A stretch of 64,000 nucleotides of DNA from an uncultured Gammaproteobacteria bacterium (GTDB taxonomy: Bacteria > Pseudomonadota > Gammaproteobacteria > UBA9214): the NCBI GenBank assembly GCA_963748215.1, contig CAVVHS010000008.1, positions 288,001 through 352,000 of the forward strand, given 5' to 3'. A model generated the notes under the pieces. That model was not told where the DNA came from. It made no database searches and worked only from the letters and a program-made list of their open reading frames with translations. This document shows, one piece after another, positions 10,241 through 18,185 of this stretch (the first letter of the stretch is position 1; every line of letters begins with the position of its first letter). The position numbers were made by a program, and so were the translations under genes.

Positions 10241-10750
10241 TCATCTGGGCTTATACCTTTCCTCAATGATCGATTTGCTGGGAGCCTGGATTTTCTCAAG
10301 ATTCTCTAATTGCCTGATAGCATCATCAATCATGGCGTCTTGTTGCTGCAATGCAGCTTGATCGAAACCCCCATTATTTTCCATCTTAATGCGGAACAAT
10401 TGCATTTTAGTCAGAAAATTTCTCAAAATATGATTTGAGGCATCCAGCATGGTTTTGTATATGGCATACTTTTCAGCCTCCTGTGCTTTGACTTCGTTAG
10501 CATGATAATCAGCAAAAATACCAAAAGCCACGAGCAATATCAGAATGGTAGATCTCATCCATAATTCATTAAAAGCAGAAGGTATAACCTCAAATTCCAG
10601 CTCGCCGTACAGAAAATAATGAATTGTGGAATCGAAAAACCAATATGAGAGTGCCAACAAAATAGCAATCTTCAAGAAATAATGCTTCGATTTCACATCA
10701 TTTCCTATCGTGGATTTAGCATTAGAAGACCTAATGTCTTTTTTAAACAC
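10241..10750 (-). CDS. hypothetical membrane protein (2 TM + helical tail)
   Basis: AT-rich 169-aa ORF with two hydrophobic segments. Confidence 0.7.
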   Translation of the reverse strand: MFKKDIRSSNAKSTIGNDVKSKHYFLKIAILLALSYWFFDSTIHYFLYGELEFEVIPSAFNELWMRSTILILLVAFGIFADYHANEVKAQEAEKYAIYKTMLDASNHILRNFLTKMQLFRIKMENNGGFDQAALQQQDAMIDDAIRQLENLEKIQAPSKSIIEERYKPR

Positions 10751-10914
10751 GATACTTTGAGACCTATCCCCAAAGGTGCCTTTTAAATTTATCAGGCGAC
10801 TTGTTAATAATAATTATGTCAAAAACAGGTCACTATACATTCTAATCACGCACTCTATGACTATCAGCGGGTCGCGCATGTGCAATTGTGGTCCGGAAAC
10901 CTTTTTCTCTTCAT

Positions 10915-11520
10915 TCAAGCCGACGCAGAATAAGATTGAAAGTCCAGGGCGGTGGGAAGCAATCGTTGCAGTATAGTCGGATCATTCCGGGTTTTGGCGA
11001 TTAGCATGCAACCTTCAAAATAGGCCAGAAATGCTTCGGCCTTCAAATCGACGTCTGTGAGTGCCAGTTCCCCGGCATCGACTGCGTCTTGCAAGGTGCC
11101 ACGGATCAATTGTTTGAAGTCCATGAACAACCCGTTCAGTTTTATGCGAATGGTTTCATCCTGGGTGGAAAGCTCCGAAGCCAGGTTTCCAAAGGGACAA
11201 CCGAGCACGTGGCCGGTCTTTTCGTATATGCTAATCTGGTTGTCAATGATCATGTCAATGAATCTGGACAGACGGGTTAGCGGTGGCAGGCTAGGATCAA
11301 AGGCCTTATCCAAAACAGATTCCTTCATATCGGAATAAAAGGCATCGATAACTGAAAGAGTGAGCTCCTGTTTACTTTTAAAATAATGGTAGAAAGTGCC
11401 CTTTTGAACCTGTGCCTTTTCACAAATTGCAGCCACTCCAGAATCCGCACAGCCACTGGCGTACATCAGATCGCGGGCTGATTCCAGTATGCGCTGATAG
11501 GTGTCCGTTTCCTGCCTCAT
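10915..11520 (-). CDS. TetR-family regulator (NemR-like)
   Basis: HTH ...AQVQKGTFYHYFKSKQEL, GCPFGNLASE. Confidence 0.92.
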   Translation of the reverse strand: MRQETDTYQRILESARDLMYASGCADSGVAAICEKAQVQKGTFYHYFKSKQELTLSVIDAFYSDMKESVLDKAFDPSLPPLTRLSRFIDMIIDNQISIYEKTGHVLGCPFGNLASELSTQDETIRIKLNGLFMDFKQLIRGTLQDAVDAGELALTDVDLKAEAFLAYFEGCMLIAKTRNDPTILQRLLPTALDFQSYSASA

Positions 11521-11533
11521 GCGGCAATAGTAG

Positions 11534-11549
11534 TTGACCGGTCGGTCAA
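11534..11549. promoter_or_regulatory. TetR operator-like palindrome
   Basis: TTGACCGGTCGGTCAA 13 bp upstream of the TetR start. Confidence 0.7.
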
Positions 11550-11702
11550 GTCAAGCCCGTGCCAATTTTAGCTTCAAAAAATTATTGACAGGATGATTAT
11601 CAGGGCAATTGCCCTCGTGAGGCAGGCATTGAAACGAAGCGCTTATGGTCCGTTAAATGCTGTGCCCCGTTCGTAGTTGATTCGGAAATTTGGCCAGTCA
11701 TC

Positions 11703-11820
11703 ACAATCCCAAACCCCACTACAGTCTGGCTCTTCGGCTCCAGCCTGCTGGGATTGGCTGGTGTATCCCTGGCTTAAGAAAGCCGCTATATGTCTGAATA
11801 GCGGTCCTTAGGGGCCGTAT
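11703..11820 (+). pseudogene. Orphan decayed VPxPA-CTERM tail plus terminator
   Basis: Translates TIPNPTTVWLFGSSLLGLAGVSLA*, followed by GCGGTCC-TTAG-GGGCCGT; no long upstream ORF. Confidence 0.75.
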
Positions 11821-12205
11821 TGAATTTGTGCTAATGGCAGGAGAGTGGCAGATCCCGGTCCTACACGAGGCGCTTATATAAGATTTCGCCAACCGGCAGG
11901 AGTCGACCCTAAGCGGAAGTACAGGAATTTTGCTTAAAGGTCAGTAACGTACTGAATCCTGACATCCAGTTCTGGTGGCCGACATCGTTCGAACGGCTGA
12001 ACTTATATGTTATGTTTGTTTTTCTTGGCGAGCCATTCAAAGGAATGCTAATAGTTATAAGAAGAAAATACTATTTTCCTTATTGACTGGATTGTTGAAA
12101 ATCTCACCTGTTGGGAGCGCCGCTATCAGGTCAGTAATGTTCTGAAAAGAATTACAGGCCGCTGCCAACCAGTGCATTACCACAATCCATTTAGGAGTTA
12201 GTCTT

Positions 12206-13399
12206 ATGCCTCTGGTTTATATGGCTGACATGTTGCATCACGCGTACGAGAACAACTATGCCGTAGGTGCTTTCGATGTAGTGAGCCTGGATTTTATTTC
12301 AGGGGTTATGGCAGCCGCCGAGGAAAAACACGCGCCGGTTATCATCAGCTTGGCTGAATCTCACTTTGAATACTTCGATTTTGAACTACTCATGGCGTCG
12401 GTGGTAAAGGCAGCGGAACGCTCAACTATACCTGTGGCGATTCATCTGGATCACGGCGAATCCCTTGAGTCAGCCGTGTGTGCGATTAACCTTGGCTGCA
12501 CCGGCATCATGGTCGATGCGTCAAATCTGCCTCTAGATAAAAATATCGCTCTAACACGGACCGTAGTTGACATGGCCCATGCCTGCGGCATCCCTGTTGA
12601 GGGGGAGCTGGGCTATGTACCTGGAGTGGAAGGCGAGGATGCTGAACGTCACCCCGGAGATGTTCAATATACGACTGTCGACGAGGCAAGACGCTATATC
12701 GATGAGACCGGCGCAGATTTCCTGGCTGTCTCCATAGGTACAGTTCACGGTCGAATGAAAGGTGAGCCGAAGCTTGATATCGAGCGTCTCGCGCAGATCA
12801 ACCAGGCCCTGAAACTGCCACTCGTGATCCATGGAGGAACCGGGTTGCGTGATGACCAGTACAGGAGTCTCGTCGATAACGGTGTTACCAAAATCAATTA
12901 CTACACGGCTCTGGCCGATGTGGCAGGACAATGTATAAAGGGCAACGTAGAAACAGAAACGAATTGCAACTATACAAGCTACATAGACGGCATAGCTGGG
13001 GCAGTACAGCAGGAAGCAGGACGTTGCATTGACATCTGGGGTTGCTCAGGACGTGCCAGCTCAATGCTCGCGAGCTGTCGCCCGTGGCTTCCTGTCGAGC
13101 ATGTGATATTTTTCAACACTGGAAAGCTTGATGCAGCTGCAACAGAAGATATGATGTCCGAGGGTAGACGGGTCCTTGGCAGTATACCGGGTGTACAACG
13201 GGTATTTACCGGTCACGCTGTCACCGAGGATAGCCCTTATAGGCATTGTTGGATGGTGCAATTCTCTGCCCGTCCTGTTATCGATAGCTATCGCGAGCAC
13301 CCAGCGCACCAACACTTTGCTGACAGTCGCTTTCGTCCCCACGCTGGTGATCGCCTGAGTATCGATTTCGAAGCGTGCAGCACGAAAGAAATAACATAA
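12206..13399 (+). CDS. class II fructose-bisphosphate aldolase with C-terminal Dabb-like domain
   Basis: AIHLDHG, VEGELG, LAVSIGTVHG, LVIHGGTG, KINY; tail HVIFF...IPGV...YREHPAHQHF. Confidence 0.88.
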   Translation: MPLVYMADMLHHAYENNYAVGAFDVVSLDFISGVMAAAEEKHAPVIISLAESHFEYFDFELLMASVVKAAERSTIPVAIHLDHGESLESAVCAINLGCTGIMVDASNLPLDKNIALTRTVVDMAHACGIPVEGELGYVPGVEGEDAERHPGDVQYTTVDEARRYIDETGADFLAVSIGTVHGRMKGEPKLDIERLAQINQALKLPLVIHGGTGLRDDQYRSLVDNGVTKINYYTALADVAGQCIKGNVETETNCNYTSYIDGIAGAVQQEAGRCIDIWGCSGRASSMLASCRPWLPVEHVIFFNTGKLDAAATEDMMSEGRRVLGSIPGVQRVFTGHAVTEDSPYRHCWMVQFSARPVIDSYREHPAHQHFADSRFRPHAGDRLSIDFEACSTKEIT

Positions 13400-13616
13400 C
13401 CAGAGTTCAAGTATTGAACACATATTTTTTGCTTTAACAATGAAGGATAATTATTTGTCTGTTAGACAAATGCAATGGCAGGCCGGGAATGGCAATTTTT
13501 GCTGCGTTCCAGTCGTTCGTCAGTTCACCGGGAACGGCAAGTTCTGGCCGATAGTCGCTGATTAGATCACCCGCATCAGCGGGTTTTGTGCGTTCAGGGA
13601 ACGGCAACTGTTGTCC

Positions 13617-13774
13617 GATAGTGTTGAAAAACTCTGCTACTAGAAATCGACCGCGCACGAGAGTGAGATGCTTTGTCATTTTGCAAAATATTTCGGATTT
13701 CAGGAAACCCTCATGCACGATTTCTACATGAACATTATGACCTCAGTAGATCATTAGAGTTTTTCAACACAATA
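13617..13774. mobile_element. 158-bp MITE of the IS1182 type
   Basis: TIRs GATAGTGTTGAAAAACTCT / AGAGTTTTTCAACACAATA; DR GTCC at 13613-13616 and 13775-13778. Confidence 0.85.
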
Positions 13775-14253
13775 GTCCGCTTTCGGACATTCACCAACCC
13801 GAAGGGTTGTAGCGCATGTCCTTGCTTCCCAATGGACTTGCCACAGGACCTGGCTGTGAGTTTTTGAAGTTATCAGACGGGGCTGATTGTGGTGTAGGAA
13901 AAGGCTGGCAGAAATATCCCCGTAAAATTGAAGACGACCACTACCGCTATGACTAATCAGTAAAATAAAAGGTGGGCTCGACATTTCATGGCGTTGCGAC
14001 AATTAATCTTCGGGTAAATGGGAAGCGGTCTACTGCCATTGCCCTAAGCAGGAATCCCCCCTACCCCCTTCGTCAAGCAAGCGTGAGCGAGGGGAAAAAC
14101 CCTGCATACTAGACATCTGATGAAGGCGCCCCTCTTGGCATGGGACTTTTGTGAATATACGAGGGGAAATTACATCGAGACACAGAAATGCTAGCCCATA
14201 TGCTAGCCAGAATCGATTGCACAGTATGATTTCGTTATAACTATATGATTCAG

Positions 14254-14329
14254 TGGAGCCGGCGACAGGAGTCGAACCCGCGACATCTTCATTACAAGTG
14301 AAGCGCTCTACCAACTGAGCTACGCCGGC
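14254..14329 (-). tRNA. tRNA-Thr(TGT)
   Basis: GCCGGCGTAGCTCAGTTGGTAGAGCG-CTTCA-CT-TGT-AA-TGAAG...GGTTCGACTCC...CCA, 76 nt. Confidence 0.97.
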
Positions 14330-14389
14330 ATCTTGGCCATCAGGACAAGGCGCCCTATTCTATTGAATTGCCGGTTTACCTGCAATTAA

Positions 14390-15061
14390 TCAGCCTGTCA
14401 CAGGCAGGCAAGCGCGCAGCTGCAGATCCGGGTTCTCTTCGAGCACATCGTCCAGCACCGGCGCGGCCGCGGCCCGACCCTGGAATTCCAGCCAGTAGGC
14501 GTCCAGCGTGATATAGCGCGTCTCGAGGATTGCATTCAGCCCCAGCTGCCGCACCTGTGACAGGCGGATCTCGGCGCGCGAGATGTCCTTGAATGTGCCA
14601 AGGGACATGAAATTATCCTTGCCGATGTAATATTCGTGGTCATTCCGCTCATCCAGCATTTTCGCGATCTGCAGGGCCTCCCCGCGTTCCATCGCCGGCA
14701 GATAAATCCAGTAGCCACTCTCCTTCCTGTCCTCGGCGATGCGCTGTCTTGGCTCCAGACCGAGTTTGCCCGCCACTGCGTGCAGCGCCTCCTCCGCGTA
14801 GAACGGCCCCAGCACCTGGCATGCAGCCGGCATGCCCGCGCCCGGTGGCTGCGACAGGGTCAGTGTGTCGATGCCTGACATTTCCTGTTCCGGCGCCGTC
14901 GCGGACTGTTGTTTCAGTTCCTGCAGGGTCACGAGCGGCTTGGCGGTGGCCGGCAGCGGCGGCAATTCGCGCGCCGTTTCGCCCGCCGTCCCGCTACTGA
15001 ACAGGTTCCAGCCGAAGTAGGCCAGGTTGGCGACAAGCAAGAAGTAGACAAGGTGGCGCAT
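14390..15061 (-). CDS. SPOR-domain protein, copy 1
   Basis: N-terminal TM LLVANLAYFGW, CQVLGPF, YWIYLP, SLGTF; position after coaX. Confidence 0.85.
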   Translation of the reverse strand: MRHLVYFLLVANLAYFGWNLFSSGTAGETARELPPLPATAKPLVTLQELKQQSATAPEQEMSGIDTLTLSQPPGAGMPAACQVLGPFYAEEALHAVAGKLGLEPRQRIAEDRKESGYWIYLPAMERGEALQIAKMLDERNDHEYYIGKDNFMSLGTFKDISRAEIRLSQVRQLGLNAILETRYITLDAYWLEFQGRAAAAPVLDDVLEENPDLQLRACLPVTG

Positions 15062-16995
15062 CAGTGTTCTCCGGCGAGTATGGCGATTCCTTTCAGGACC
15101 ATGTCTGCATCGTATCTGGCGACAAGCCCGAGCAGCGGCACCAGCCGCTGCGCATCGCCGCCGGTAATCACGACCGCGGGCTGCAAGCCCGTACTGGCGG
15201 CCATGTCAGTTGCGATGCGCTCGATTGCCGCTGCCGCTGCATACAGGCTGCCGCGGCTGATCGCCCCGGAAGTCGTGGTCGCCAGTGATACAGGCGCCGG
15301 CTCGTCGTGCGGAAGCGGCAGGTCTGCGGTATGTGCACATAACGCCTGCTGCATCATCGTCACGCCGGCGAGGATCAGGCCACCGCGGTGCACGCCGCCC
15401 GCATCGACCAGGTCCAGGGTGATGGCGGTACCGCAATCCACCACGCACACCACATCACCGGTAGCCTGCCAGGCTGCGATCATCGCCGCCCAGCGATCGG
15501 CGCCGAGCAGTGCGGGCTGCGCATAGGCATTGGTCACCCCGGCGGCCTGCCGGCCGGCACGGATGAAGTGCGGACGCACCTGCCAGGACCGCTCGACCCA
15601 GGCGCCCGGCCAGTGCGTCACCGGCAACATTGGACACCAGGACACGCCCGGGCGCCGCCAGCCTCCCCCAGGCCTGCTCCAGTTGCCTGACCAGGTCGCT
15701 GCCACGATGCACAAATTGTCCACGCCTTTCGAGTTGCTGTCCGCTGGCCAGTGCCCAGTTGACGGATGTGTTGCCAATACGACATCACCCCGTCTTGAGT
15801 AGCAGTCATGTTTAGAGTCCGGATGCTACTGTAGCCGATTTCCTGGCCATTGTCTGGTGTAGGCGGCAGATGTCAGTCCCCCCAACGCGTTCTTCGCGTC
15901 TCTCCTCGTTGTATTCACACCGCCAGGCTTCGATGATGATCTGGCCATGAGCCAGGTTCAGGAACCAGTGCTCATTCAGGCATTCGTCGCGCAGCCGCCC
16001 GTTGAATGACTCGATGTAGGCATTCTGGTTCGGCTTGCCCGGCTCGATCAGAGTGAGCTTCACCTGGCGGGTATGCGCCCAGGTCAGCATGGCGCGTCCG
16101 CAGAACTCCTTGCCATTGTCGGTGCGGATCACCCGCGGCAGGCTGCGGCTGACAGACAGTCCGTCGAGAATCCGCGTGAGCATCAGATCACCGATGGCCC
16201 GTTCCGGCACGACCGCGACCGATTCGTGCGTGGCATCATCGACGATCGTCAGGCACTTGATGAACCGCCCCTCGGCGCTGCGATCGAACGCGAAGTCCAT
16301 GGACCAGACCTCGTTGGCGGCGTCGGGACGCACCAGGGGCTGGCGCTCGCCACCGGCACCTTCTTGCGCTTGAGCCGTTGCACTTGCAGACGGGCTTCCG
16401 TGTAGAGCCGCTCGACACGCTTGTGGTTGACCACCAGGCCCCGCTGGCGCAGCTTGAGGTAAATCATGCCGTCTCCGTAGCGCCGGTGCCGGTGGGCGAG
16501 CGCCACGATCGTCTCCCGCAGGACTGCGTTGCGGTCCGGGGCCGGCTGGTAGCGCAAACTGCTCGCGCTCATGCCGCGCATGACGCTCTGAGAGGCCCCG
16601 AGCCATCATCCTCCGCACCACCTCGCGACGGGCCAGCGCGGTCACCACTTTTTTCGCAGCACCTCGCGGGTCGCCTCCTGTTCCAGTATCGCCTCGGCCA
16701 GCAGCTTCTTGAGACGGGCATTCTCCGCTTCCAGAGCCTTCAGCCGTTTGGCGTCCGACATGCCCATGCCACCGTACTTGCCGCGCCAGAGGTAGTAACT
16801 GCCCTCCGAGAACCCGTGCGACCGACACAGGTCCTTGACGGATACCCCGGTGTCCGCTTCGCGCAAAAACCCGATGATCTGCTCGTCTGAATACCGATTC
16901 TTCATGTCCAATCTCCTTCCGGTTATGGGATTGGACTCTAAATCATCATGCTACTCAAATAGGGGGTGACGTCGAATATCCACCAGCAGGTTCAT
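15061..16995 (-). pseudogene. coaX: type III pantothenate kinase copy interrupted by IS3
   Basis: MNLLVDI (16995) | IS | GNTSVNWA; LGADRW, VVDCGTAITLD, ITGGDA retained; additional frameshifts. Confidence 0.88.
15780..16974 (-). mobile_element. IS3-family (IS407-like) element, degenerate orfB
   Basis: ~41-bp TIRs CGAC(A/G)TCACCCC...TTTAGAGTCC, DR AATA; orfA 16642-16905; slippery A AAA AAG; orfB WSMDF, RTDNGKEF, PGKPNQNAYIESFNGRLRDE with frameshifts. Confidence 0.92.
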
Positions 16996-17107
16996 GTCGC
17001 CATTCGCACGCTGACCTCGCCGGATGTGAAACGCCTGCGCCCGCCATCCGTATCCACCAGCAGCGCACCGCCCGCATCGGTGCCGCGGGCGGTACCGCGC
17101 ACGACCG
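16992..17107 (-). pseudogene. birA: 3' fragment of birA
   Basis: [36 protein letters not shown], matching the C-terminus of intact birA at 28982. Confidence 0.88.
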
Positions 17108-17108
17108 C

Positions 17109-17275
17109 ACTCCGCTATTTCCGGAGACGGTTTCAAGACACTGGCAGAAGGACAGAGTGTAAAATTCGATGTCGAGCAGGGTCCGAAGGGCCTGCAGGCG
17201 AGCAACGTCACGGTCGCCTTACCCGTAATTCAGCAGTAACAGGGGAACCCCGCTTGACAGCGGGGTTCTTTTTTT
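17109..17275 (+). pseudogene. cspA: 3' half of cspA plus terminator copy
   Basis: ACTCCGCTATTTCCGG...GAGCAGGGTCCGAAGGGCCTGCAGGCGAGCAACGTCACGG nearly identical to 3383-3490, then the same terminator hairpin. Confidence 0.9.
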
Positions 17276-17481
17276 GGGCAGTGCAGAACCCTGCAGGTCA
17301 GGCGGACAGACCCGGCGCAGTGTTCAGGCGGCAACCATGAAACGCAATCCCCGTGCCTGCCCCTGCATTACGGGCCGGTCAACTGAGTCAGGGCCCGCAT
17401 CGTTTGACAATAGAATTCTCTGCAGTCCCATACTCCCTTTTGCATCTTCTGCCACGCTGCCTGGCAACTCAGAGGTGACTC

Positions 17482-17616
17482 ATGAAACTCACGCAGCGCA
17501 CAATCGGCGCGGCTGTCTATGCCGGTAACAATAATGCACTGCACGTCCTGTGGGATGACGTCAACTCGGGATTAGGCTGTAGGATACATCTGAGCAGGAA
17601 AAATTCCTTCGCATAA
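17482..17616 (+). pseudogene. N-terminal arm-binding fragment of a tyrosine integrase
   Basis: RBS GAGG; MKLTQRTIGAAVYAGNNNALHVLWDDVNSGLGCRIHLSRKNSFA* resembles the MKLT...WD....GLG.R....G.KSF arm domain. Confidence 0.65.
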
Positions 17617-18185
17617 CACCGTCAAGCCTTACATGCGGGGTGAGGCGGTCATGCTGCCGGCAGCACGGGACCTGAGCCACAGGCGACCGGGTAAAAGCAG
17701 CCGAGCTGGCCGAGGCGGCGGCCCGGGAAACACTAACCTGATAGCGATTGCCGGGGAATCGCCGGGCACAAAACCTGACTTAAAGTCCGTTGGAGTCGAT
17801 CGTCAGGGAGATCCGGTGCCGTGCCCGCGTTATTGATGCATTTACGGCCAGGCAATCGGCTGTGATGCTGTGGTCTGCATGGGTGCGAGACATGGCCTCG
17901 ACACACCGGCGGACGCGGTTTTTTCTGCACCTGTAACCGTTGTATAAACGGGCATTGGATCCAGCCATACAGACTCCCGCGTTCCGCGATGGTCCGGCGC
18001 ACTTCTGACCGATACACATATTGGCCTGCGCCTCTTGCTTCCGTATACTGAGCGCCATGGCAAGTGCCGTCGTGCGCGACGCTAAAGCCCTACAACCGGC
18101 AGAAAAGCAGTGACCGTATGCATACTGAATCAGGTCCTGTGCCGTGTGGCGCCGGCATGTGCCCGGTCCGATGCAGGTCGATAAT

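Larger units (their letters stand above)
5653..14299. mobile_element. tRNA-Thr-integrated genomic island without intact integrase
   Basis: Flanking 46-bp direct repeat, visibly lower GC, IS and accessory cargo. Confidence 0.85.

Noticed and set aside
17620-18140. ORFs upstream of SulP
   Set aside because: No recognisable motifs; probably decayed or non-coding
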